Shown here in pieces: positions 39,942 to 47,159 of a DNA stretch of 64,000 nucleotides. Numbering within the stretch: the stretch's first letter is position 1; every line of letters starts with the position of its first letter. Made by a program: the position numbers and the translations under genes. The notes beneath the pieces were generated by a model. That model saw only the letters and a program-made list of their open reading frames with translations. It had not been told where the DNA came from and made no database searches. Origin of the DNA: Candidatus Dojkabacteria bacterium (GTDB lineage Bacteria; Patescibacteriota; Dojkabacteria; SC72); the NCBI GenBank assembly GCA_050950165.1, contig JBMNHC010000001.1, positions 593,073 through 657,072 on the forward strand, read 5' to 3'.

Positions 39942-40691
39942 ATGATATTAGAGATATTAGGTTCTTTACTTTTACTTACATTTCTTTTTAGTATTAGAAT
40001 TATTCCTGAAGGACATAATGGTTTGGTACTAACTCTTGGAAAATATTCTAGAACACTTAATCCTGGTCTTAACTTTGTAATACCCTACTTTGAGTCTGTA
40101 CAAAAGATTGATATTAGGGAGCAAGTTATGGATATCCCTAAACAGGAGACAATTACATTGGATAATGTGTCGTGCATGATAGATGGTGTTGTTAGATTTA
40201 AGGTTGTTGATTCTATGATAGCTATATACAAGGTTCAGAATTATTTAAATCAGATATCTGCTAAATCTCAAACAGCTTTAAGAGATATTATTGGTAGTGT
40301 ATCACTAGATGAATTGTTATCTCAGAGGGTTCGTATTGCTGAACAGATTAAAGGTATTGTAGATCTTTCTGCTGAGAACTGGGGAGTAGATATATTGTCT
40401 GTAGAGATACAAAATATTGAAATTCCTTCAGATATGAAGAGAGCTATGGCACAACAGGCAGAGGCAGAGAGAGACAGGAAGGCTCGTATTATTAAAGCTG
40501 AGGGAGAGAAAGAGGCATCAGCAAAGCTATCTGAGGCTGCAGCTATACTATCTAAAAACAAAGGGGCTCTCTCTTTGAGAACACTTCAGACTCTTAAAGA
40601 GATATCTGCAGATCCTGCACAAAAGATTGTAATTACCATACCTAATGATTTTTTTGAGTTAGGAGATATTGTTAAGTCTGTGAAGAAGTAG
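39942..40691 (+). CDS. SPFH/band-7 (stomatin-like) protein
   Basis: PGLNFVIP, QETIT.DNV, QTALR..IG...LDELL, AMAQQAEAER. Confidence 0.93.
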   Translation: MILEILGSLLLLTFLFSIRIIPEGHNGLVLTLGKYSRTLNPGLNFVIPYFESVQKIDIREQVMDIPKQETITLDNVSCMIDGVVRFKVVDSMIAIYKVQNYLNQISAKSQTALRDIIGSVSLDELLSQRVRIAEQIKGIVDLSAENWGVDILSVEIQNIEIPSDMKRAMAQQAEAERDRKARIIKAEGEKEASAKLSEAAAILSKNKGALSLRTLQTLKEISADPAQKIVITIPNDFFELGDIVKSVKK

Positions 40692-40707
40692 ATTAGGTAG
40701 TCAACGA

Positions 40708-41316
40708 TTACCTTTTCTTACGACTCTTTCTTCCTTCATATCTATATATAAATATGGACCAGATGCTACCTAGCATAATGATTACTCCAGCAACAGACAT
40801 AACTGTATCGAAATAGATCTCTCCTAAATTAGCAATATATCCTCCTAACAGTGCAATAAAGGAAGCAGACATACTCATGATAGTCTCATATATTGCATAC
40901 TGTTTACCTTCTCTACCTTCATCGATATTAAGTGCAAAGAGTTTTCTCCAATTTACTACATTCATAGATGCTCCTAGGCCGAAAATAAATTGGAGAAAGT
41001 AGTATTGATATTGGTTTGTAATTGAGGGATAAAGAAGAAAAGGTACTCCCATTAGAAGTACTCCTACAAAAAGAATAAGTATTTCATCTTTATCATGCTT
41101 ATACTTATCTGTTAATATCCCTATCGGTATCTGTAGTGAGGCTCTAGTAAAAAGATATATGAAAGTCCCTATACCTACAAATCTAACAACATCTTCTCCA
41201 AACTTAGTTGCTAAATAGAGACCAGTAAGCATAGAAATTATCATATGGGGTCCCCAAGTAAACACATCGGAGAGGCTTAGGCATATTACCACTTTGTTAA
41301 TCTTTGGCAGTTTCAT
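40708..41316 (-). CDS. Half-size (6-TM) MFS-type transporter
   Basis: MFS motif A-like QIPIGILTDK; six hydrophobic segments in 202 aa. Confidence 0.75.
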   Translation of the reverse strand: MKLPKINKVVICLSLSDVFTWGPHMIISMLTGLYLATKFGEDVVRFVGIGTFIYLFTRASLQIPIGILTDKYKHDKDEILILFVGVLLMGVPFLLYPSITNQYQYYFLQFIFGLGASMNVVNWRKLFALNIDEGREGKQYAIYETIMSMSASFIALLGGYIANLGEIYFDTVMSVAGVIIMLGSIWSIFIYRYEGRKSRKKR

Positions 41317-41360
41317 TACTTCTCTAGTCTATCTTCTTTCTTTCTTGGTGTAAATGAGAA

Positions 41361-41915
41361 CTATCTATTCCACCACTCTTTAATATCTGCTTCTGGTTGT
41401 AAGACTGTAGTTCTCATAACTAGACCGTCCATATTTGTAAGTTCTTCTGTAACCATTGAGTACAACTCAGTGTCAATCTCATCTCTACTTCTAGGTATGC
41501 CGTTTTCTGCTTCTTCTTTCGTAAAATAGTCAAAGAGTATATGAGTATCTAATCCTGATGTTCCCATAGATCTTACTCCAGGCTCTACAGTAGCAGCAAA
41601 AAGAATGATCATACTTGGTAGATAGCTATTTGATATCTTCTCATCTCTGTTATACAAAACTGTTCCTCCTTCAAAGATAACTTCGAATTCAAATTCTTCA
41701 GGTCTTAATTTAATACCAGTTACTTCACCTAAGCTTTTGATAGGCAGACCCTGAGGAAATTCTTTTGGTAGTAAAGAGTTGCCTCCTATAAAGCGGGTAT
41801 TTTCTAAATGATCAGCAGATAGTTCCTCTCTTATAACATCAATATATGCTTCTGAGGAAATCATTTCTTCTGTAGGATTTAGGTTTGAGTCATTTAAGAG
41901 GTTCTCTTGCTTCAT
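41361..41915 (-). CDS. Hypothetical acidic protein
   Basis: Open frame filling the gap after mnmA; start taken at ATG 41915; no motif recognised. Confidence 0.55.
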   Translation of the reverse strand: MKQENLLNDSNLNPTEEMISSEAYIDVIREELSADHLENTRFIGGNSLLPKEFPQGLPIKSLGEVTGIKLRPEEFEFEVIFEGGTVLYNRDEKISNSYLPSMIILFAATVEPGVRSMGTSGLDTHILFDYFTKEEAENGIPRSRDEIDTELYSMVTEELTNMDGLVMRTTVLQPEADIKEWWNR

Positions 41916-41984
41916 TCTAAGTTTAAAGTATAAAAATTTAATCAAGACTTGTAGTACTTTTATATATGTAAACAATATGAGATG

Positions 41985-43055
41985 TCAAATGGTCGTTATT
42001 ATTCCCCCTCCAACAACATAATCTCTGTTGTAAAAGACAACAGATTGTCCAGAAGTTGCAGCTCTCTGTTTTTTATTAAATACTACTTTTACCTTACCGT
42101 TACCTATATTTTCTACTGTTGCACTTGCTTCTTTTGCCTTATACCTAATCTTTGCTTTAACTTTAAGAGGGGTTGTTAATTCTTTAATACTGATCCAGTT
42201 TAACTTTTCAGCATATATCTCTTTTGTAAAAAGATTATCATTATCTCCTAGTATTACTCTATTGTTCTCTATATCTATATCCAAAACAAAAAGAGGCTTA
42301 CCTGTAGATATGCCTAAACCTCTTCTTTGCCCTATCGTATATTTTGTAATACCTTCGTGATACCCTAAGACATTACCCTGAGTATCTACAAATTCTCCTC
42401 TACTTGGCTCTCTGTTAGTATAATCTCTGATAAATCTGTAGTGGTCATTGTCATCTATAAAGCATATCTCTTGGCTATCTGGCTTAGAGGCAATATCTAG
42501 TTCTACCTTTTTTGCAATCTCTCTTACCTCTTCCTTACGACACATTCCTAGTGGAAAAAGAGTCTTAGAGAGTTGTTCTTGTGTTAAATTGTAAAGTACA
42601 TAGCTTTGGTCTTTACTCTCATCTTTTGCCTTTCTAAGAAGATATCTTCCATCTTTTTGCTCTACTCTTGCATAATGTCCAGTAGCAATATATTCAATAC
42701 CCATCTCTTTAGCTTTTTTAAGAAGAGATGCAAATTTAACATACCTGTTACATGCTACACATGGATTAGGTGTTCTTCCAGACTCATACTCTTTTACAAA
42801 GTACTCTATAACATACTTTTGGAAATCTCTCTCCATATTAAAGACAATGAGAGGGATATTTAATATGTCTGCTGTAGCTTGAGCATCTTTTATCGCTTGT
42901 GAAAAATCTTTTCTTGTATGAGGGTTGTTTTTCCATACCTGAATATGTACACCGATAACGTCATATCCTTGTTCTTTAAGAAGGTATGATGCAGTACAGC
43001 TATCTACACCTCCACTCATTCCTAATATTACTTTTTTCTTACTTCTTTTTTCCAT
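41985..43055 (-). CDS. mnmA: tRNA 2-thiouridine(34) synthase
   Basis: MSGGVDS PP-loop, TPNPCVACN, ATGHYA, KDQSY, SQEICF, YTIGQRRGL. Confidence 0.97.
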   Translation of the reverse strand: MEKRSKKKVILGMSGGVDSCTASYLLKEQGYDVIGVHIQVWKNNPHTRKDFSQAIKDAQATADILNIPLIVFNMERDFQKYVIEYFVKEYESGRTPNPCVACNRYVKFASLLKKAKEMGIEYIATGHYARVEQKDGRYLLRKAKDESKDQSYVLYNLTQEQLSKTLFPLGMCRKEEVREIAKKVELDIASKPDSQEICFIDDNDHYRFIRDYTNREPSRGEFVDTQGNVLGYHEGITKYTIGQRRGLGISTGKPLFVLDIDIENNRVILGDNDNLFTKEIYAEKLNWISIKELTTPLKVKAKIRYKAKEASATVENIGNGKVKVVFNKKQRAATSGQSVVFYNRDYVVGGGIITTI

Positions 43056-43425
43056 CTTTTCTCTTTTCATAATTCTCTAGTGCACTCTTAACAGCTTCTT
43101 CAGCTAGGTTTGAGCAGTGCATCTTTATAGGGGGTAGTCCATCTAGAGCTTTTGCTACTTCCTTGTTTGTGATCTCTTTTGCTTCTTTAATGGTTTTACC
43201 TTTTATTAACTCTGTAACCATACTACTTGTAGCAATAGCTGCTCCACATCCAAATGTTTGGAATTTTACATCTACGATTACATCATCTTTAATCTTTAAA
43301 TACATTTTCATAATATCTCCACATTTAGGATTTCCTACTTCACCTACTGCATCTGCATCTTTAATAACTCCTACATTTCTAGGATTAAAGAAGTGATCCA
43401 TAACTTTTTTACTGTAATCTTCCAT
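43039..43425 (-). CDS. iscU: Fe-S cluster scaffold IscU/NifU
   Basis: YSKKVMDHF.NPRNVG, CGD, FGCGAAIA, LPPIKMHCS. Confidence 0.96.
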   Translation of the reverse strand: MEDYSKKVMDHFFNPRNVGVIKDADAVGEVGNPKCGDIMKMYLKIKDDVIVDVKFQTFGCGAAIATSSMVTELIKGKTIKEAKEITNKEVAKALDGLPPIKMHCSNLAEEAVKSALENYEKRKDGKKK

Positions 43426-43429
43426 ACAT

Positions 43430-44596
43430 TTAATCTTTAGATATTAATGGTGACATATCTCTTAGCTTTTGTACAATTGGAGGTAGAACTTCTAAAAGAT
43501 ACTCTACATCCTGCTTAGTATTCTCTTCTGAGAAAGTTAGTCTTAATGAGCCGTGTGCAATCTCGTGAGGTATACCTATTGCTAAAAGTACATGAGAAGG
43601 TTCTAGAGAGCCTGAAGTACATGCTGATCCACTTGAAGCGGATATTCCTTTCATATCTAGCATAAGGAGGATAGATTCTCCTTCGATATATTTAAAACAA
43701 ACATTAACATTGTTAGGAAGTCTTTTCTCTAAATCCCCATTTACTTGCATATCTGGTATTCTTTTAAGTAGTCCATCTATTGTCATATCTCTTAGTTTAA
43801 TCAGCTTTTTGTTTCTTTTAGAAATATCCTTTGTAGCGATCTCGATAGCTTTGCCTAATCCTACAATACCTGCAACATTTTCAGTCCCAGCTCTTCTGTT
43901 TCTCTCTTGTGCTCCTCCATGTAGAAGTGAAGATATATTAACTCCATTATTAATGAAAAGAGCTCCTACTCCTTTAGGTCCACCGAATTTATGTGCAGAG
44001 AGTGAAAGCATATCTATATTTAATCTTTTTACATCTATCGGTATCTGTCCAATTGCTTGTACTGCATCTGTATGAAAGTATATATTTTTCTCTTTTGCAA
44101 TCTTTCCAATCTCCTCAATTGGTTGAATGGTTCCTATCTCATTATTAGCAAACATAATGGATATTAATATGGTTGTACTTTTTATAGCCTTCTTTAAATC
44201 TTTAATATTTATAATTCCATTTCTATTTACAGGCAGATATGTGATTTCAAAACCTTCTTTCTCTAGATATTTGCATGTGTGAAGTAGTGCATGATGTTCT
44301 ATACTTGTTGTAATTATATGATTTCCTCTACTTCTGTTTGCAAAAGCAGTTCCTTTTATAGCCCAGTTATCTGATTCTGTTCCTCCTGATGTAAAAAATA
44401 TCTCCGAAGGTTGTACCCCTATTGCTTTAGCTACTCTCTCTCTGGCTTTCTCTATGGCAGCTCTACTCTGTTTACCTATGCTGTATATACTGGATGCGTT
44501 TCCATACATATCTTTAAGGTATGGAATCATCTCGTCTAGGACTAAGGGATTTAGTCTTGTAGTTGCAGCATTGTCTAAATAAATATTCTGTTTCAT
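43430..44596 (-). CDS. iscS: Cysteine desulfurase IscS/NifS
   Basis: YLDNAATT, FTSGGTESDN, HTDAVQ, SAHKFGGPKG, SSGSACTS. Confidence 0.97.
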   Translation of the reverse strand: MKQNIYLDNAATTRLNPLVLDEMIPYLKDMYGNASSIYSIGKQSRAAIEKARERVAKAIGVQPSEIFFTSGGTESDNWAIKGTAFANRSRGNHIITTSIEHHALLHTCKYLEKEGFEITYLPVNRNGIINIKDLKKAIKSTTILISIMFANNEIGTIQPIEEIGKIAKEKNIYFHTDAVQAIGQIPIDVKRLNIDMLSLSAHKFGGPKGVGALFINNGVNISSLLHGGAQERNRRAGTENVAGIVGLGKAIEIATKDISKRNKKLIKLRDMTIDGLLKRIPDMQVNGDLEKRLPNNVNVCFKYIEGESILLMLDMKGISASSGSACTSGSLEPSHVLLAIGIPHEIAHGSLRLTFSEENTKQDVEYLLEVLPPIVQKLRDMSPLISKD

Positions 44597-44656
44597 ATTC
44601 AGAATTCTATCATGTCAAGATATCAATTATCCACATATTTAAGTTGGGAGGATTGT

Positions 44657-44691
44657 AAAAAAAAAGAACAGTACACCAAACTGCACTGCTC
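44657..44691 (-). terminator. Intrinsic terminator ending the structured RNA, upstream of iscS
   Basis: GAGCAGTGCA-GTTTGG-TGTACTGTTC followed by nine T. Confidence 0.8.
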
Positions 44692-44894
44692 AAACCAGGA
44701 ACCTGTACATCTCAATACAGGAATTGACTTAAACAGATAAGAGATCAGTTTTATACTAATCAACTATTTAAGCGTAAGTAGCCGAAGCCACAATACAGTA
44801 CAATTCTCGTCCATGGTAGTGAAGATAAAGGCGATTGGACCAATATCAACACAGTTGTCTCGAAGACCAACCATGAGGACTCGAACCTCCTAGT
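44657..44894 (-). ncRNA. Putative structured RNA (~240 nt) of unknown family, possibly carrying a 36-codon ORF
   Basis: Promoter TTGACA-17-TAAATT; nested helices, a C(UUCG)G loop, 5'/3' closing stem, terminal hairpin plus U9. Confidence 0.65.
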
Positions 44895-44900
44895 AGGATA

Positions 44901-44929
44901 AATTTATAGAATTTTAGGGAAGATGTCAA
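44901..44929 (-). promoter_or_regulatory. Sigma70 promoter for the structured RNA
   Basis: TTGACA (44929-44924), 17-nt spacer, TAAATT (44906-44901). Confidence 0.65.
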
Positions 44930-45002
44930 CACTTTAATGAAATTATGGACTATAAGTTAGCGGGATGGGTATAATGGGATATATAAATTATTTTTATCAT
45001 CT

Positions 45003-46097
45003 ATGAATAGACAGAAAAGGTATATGAATAAAGCACTAATATTAGTAGCTTTCTTTATCGTTCTTACAGTAGTTACTAACGGTGTCATTAAATATATCAA
45101 CTCAAAAAGTATTACTCCCAGATCTATACTTAATGAAATGACTGTAGAACAGAAAGTAGGTCAGCTTTTTATGCTTGGATTCTGGGGACAAGAACCAGAC
45201 TACTACATTACGAAAATGATATCTGAAAGAGAAATAGGTGGTGTTATTCTTTTTAAATACAATATTGATAACAAGGATCAGGTAATTAAACTAACAACAA
45301 AGTTACAGAAAATGTCTGCAGTCCCTCTCTTTATCTCTGTTGATCAGGAGGGAGGTGTAGTATCAAGAGTTGAGTTTGAAGGAACTAGTAGTATTTCACA
45401 GGCAGATATTAAAGATGAAACAGAAGCATTTACTGTTGCAAAACGAAGAGCAGAAGAGTTAAAAGAATTAGGTATTAATATGAATCTCTCTCCTGTGGTA
45501 GATAGTATATCTGATGAAAATGCATATCTTTTTAATAGGGCATTTAGAGGTGAAAGAGATGAAATTGTATCTCTTTCTAAAGGGATGATTAAAGGTTACA
45601 AAGAGGGAGGAGTACTCTCCACGATTAAACATTTTCCAGGGCATAGTAATGCAAGTGTAGATTTTCATAGTGCATTGGATAGTGTAGATATACCTGGAGA
45701 GGAGTTAGATCTGTATATATATCCATTTAAAGAAGCACTAGGTGTATCAGATGCAGTGATAGTTGGTCATATTCTTTTCCCACAGATAGATGCACAGTAT
45801 CCTGCTTCTCTATCTCCATACTTTATAAATGACTTACTTAGAAAAAAGTTAGGGTTTAATGGTTTAGTAATTACAGATGATATGCAGATGAAATCAGTGT
45901 ATGATAGGTATAGTATTGCTCAAGCTGCTGTTCAAGCAATTCTTGCAGGAAATGATATACTAATATATTCAGGTAGTCCTCAAGAGCAAGCAGATGCATA
46001 CAATGCAGTAGTAAAGGCAGTAAATGATGGAGTAATATCTGAAAAAGATTTAGATAGTAAAGTATTAAGAATACTTACTGTAAAGAATTCTCTTTAG
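45003..46097 (+). CDS. nagZ: GH3 beta-N-acetylhexosaminidase with N-terminal TM anchor
   Basis: QKVGQLFM, SVDQEGG.VSR, KHFPGH.....DFH, PASLS, ITDDMQM. Confidence 0.9.
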   Translation: MNRQKRYMNKALILVAFFIVLTVVTNGVIKYINSKSITPRSILNEMTVEQKVGQLFMLGFWGQEPDYYITKMISEREIGGVILFKYNIDNKDQVIKLTTKLQKMSAVPLFISVDQEGGVVSRVEFEGTSSISQADIKDETEAFTVAKRRAEELKELGINMNLSPVVDSISDENAYLFNRAFRGERDEIVSLSKGMIKGYKEGGVLSTIKHFPGHSNASVDFHSALDSVDIPGEELDLYIYPFKEALGVSDAVIVGHILFPQIDAQYPASLSPYFINDLLRKKLGFNGLVITDDMQMKSVYDRYSIAQAAVQAILAGNDILIYSGSPQEQADAYNAVVKAVNDGVISEKDLDSKVLRILTVKNSL

Positions 46098-46125
46098 TAT
46101 ATTTAAATTTTTATTCCAAAAATAT

Positions 46126-46506
46126 ATGTCATTTTATATAGATAATATCGAGGAGCAAACAAAGAACAATACTAGTTTTAGAAAGGTTCTTTTTACTGGT
46201 TCTCATATGCAATTAGTGGTAATGTCTCTTAAGCCAAGAGAAGAGATTGGGCAAGAGGTTCATGATACAGTAGATCAGTTCTTCAGAATTGAAGAGGGTG
46301 AGGCTAAGGTAATAGTTGATGGAGTTGAGCATACAGCAGGTGAGGATATGGTCTTTATTGTTCCTGCAGGTGCTGATCATAATGTAATAAATACATCTGA
46401 TACAGAAGATCTTAAGCTTTATACAATATATGCTCCAGCTAATCATCCAGCAAATACAGAGCATGTGACAAAAGAGGAAGCTATGGAAGCAGAAGAGCAT
46501 CATTAG
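46126..46506 (+). CDS. Cupin-domain protein
   Basis: QLVVMSL...EEIG.EVH..DQFFRIE.G, VPAG..HNV.N, LKLYTIYAP. Confidence 0.92.
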   Translation: MSFYIDNIEEQTKNNTSFRKVLFTGSHMQLVVMSLKPREEIGQEVHDTVDQFFRIEEGEAKVIVDGVEHTAGEDMVFIVPAGADHNVINTSDTEDLKLYTIYAPANHPANTEHVTKEEAMEAEEHH

Positions 46507-46528
46507 TTGTAAGTAAGATAGTGAAAGT

Positions 46529-46553
46529 TAAAGACCTCGTATGGGGTCTTTTT
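46529..46553. terminator. Bidirectional terminator between the convergent cupin and dcd genes
   Basis: AAAGACCTC-GTAT-GGGGTCTTTTT. Confidence 0.75.
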
Positions 46554-46556
46554 CTT

Positions 46557-47081
46557 TTAGAACTTAGGAGGAGTTGTACTGTCCTGATCTTTGTATTTGC
46601 TCTCTTTTTCTCCCTCTATCGGAGTAGATAGTTGGGCAAAAAGATATGTACCAATCTTTTCTCCTTCATGCAAAACAATATCATATGGTCCTAAGTTTTT
46701 AATCTCTAATACAGAATTTTCTCTACTAAAAGGTAATCCGTCTAAAACCATAGCAGTAATGTGAATAGCAAGTCCTACTCTTGCATATGTACTTCTTCCA
46801 TCCAATATCGTCATTATATCCCTCTCTGTTTGAATACTTTGTTTTGTACTACCTAGTACAAAAGAGTTAGGTTTAAGAATATATGATGATTGTGAGAGAT
46901 CAAAGGTTTCGTATTTTAATTCAGGTATATTTTTACTATCAATAGGTTCTGTAGGTATTGGAAGTAGAAGTTTAGGTCCTAGATGTAGGACTAGTCCGTT
47001 ACTTTCTATATCAATATCACCTATTACAGTGATTTTACCAGCTTCTATATATTCTCTAATAGTTTTGTTTGAAAGAAACAT
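46557..47081 (-). CDS. dcd: dCTP deaminase / dUTPase-superfamily protein
   Basis: MFLSNKTI, LKPNSFVLGST, GRSTYARVGL, LEIKNLG, SKY..Q. Confidence 0.8.
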   Translation of the reverse strand: MFLSNKTIREYIEAGKITVIGDIDIESNGLVLHLGPKLLLPIPTEPIDSKNIPELKYETFDLSQSSYILKPNSFVLGSTKQSIQTERDIMTILDGRSTYARVGLAIHITAMVLDGLPFSRENSVLEIKNLGPYDIVLHEGEKIGTYLFAQLSTPIEGEKESKYKDQDSTTPPKF

Positions 47082-47159
47082 ATTAAAATATACTACTATA
47101 CTTTAAGAGTTAAAAGGAGCAACTAGATACTATGGGCTGTAAGTGGTATAATTTAAGAT

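Noticed and set aside
44627-44635. Perfect DnaA box TTATCCACA
   Set aside because: Single copy with no box cluster and no dnaA/dnaN nearby; not evidence for oriC
44683-44708. CAGG...AGCAG resembling the SRP RNA helix 8 motif
   Set aside because: The intervening bases do not form the GNRA-capped stem, and both halves are used in other helices; an Rfam scan would be needed to exclude it fully
44870-44891. tRNA T-arm-like GAGG-TTCGAGT-CCTC suggesting a tRNA, tmRNA or att remnant
   Set aside because: No acceptor stem, CCA, D-arm or anticodon arm can be built; it sits at the 5' end of the larger structured transcript
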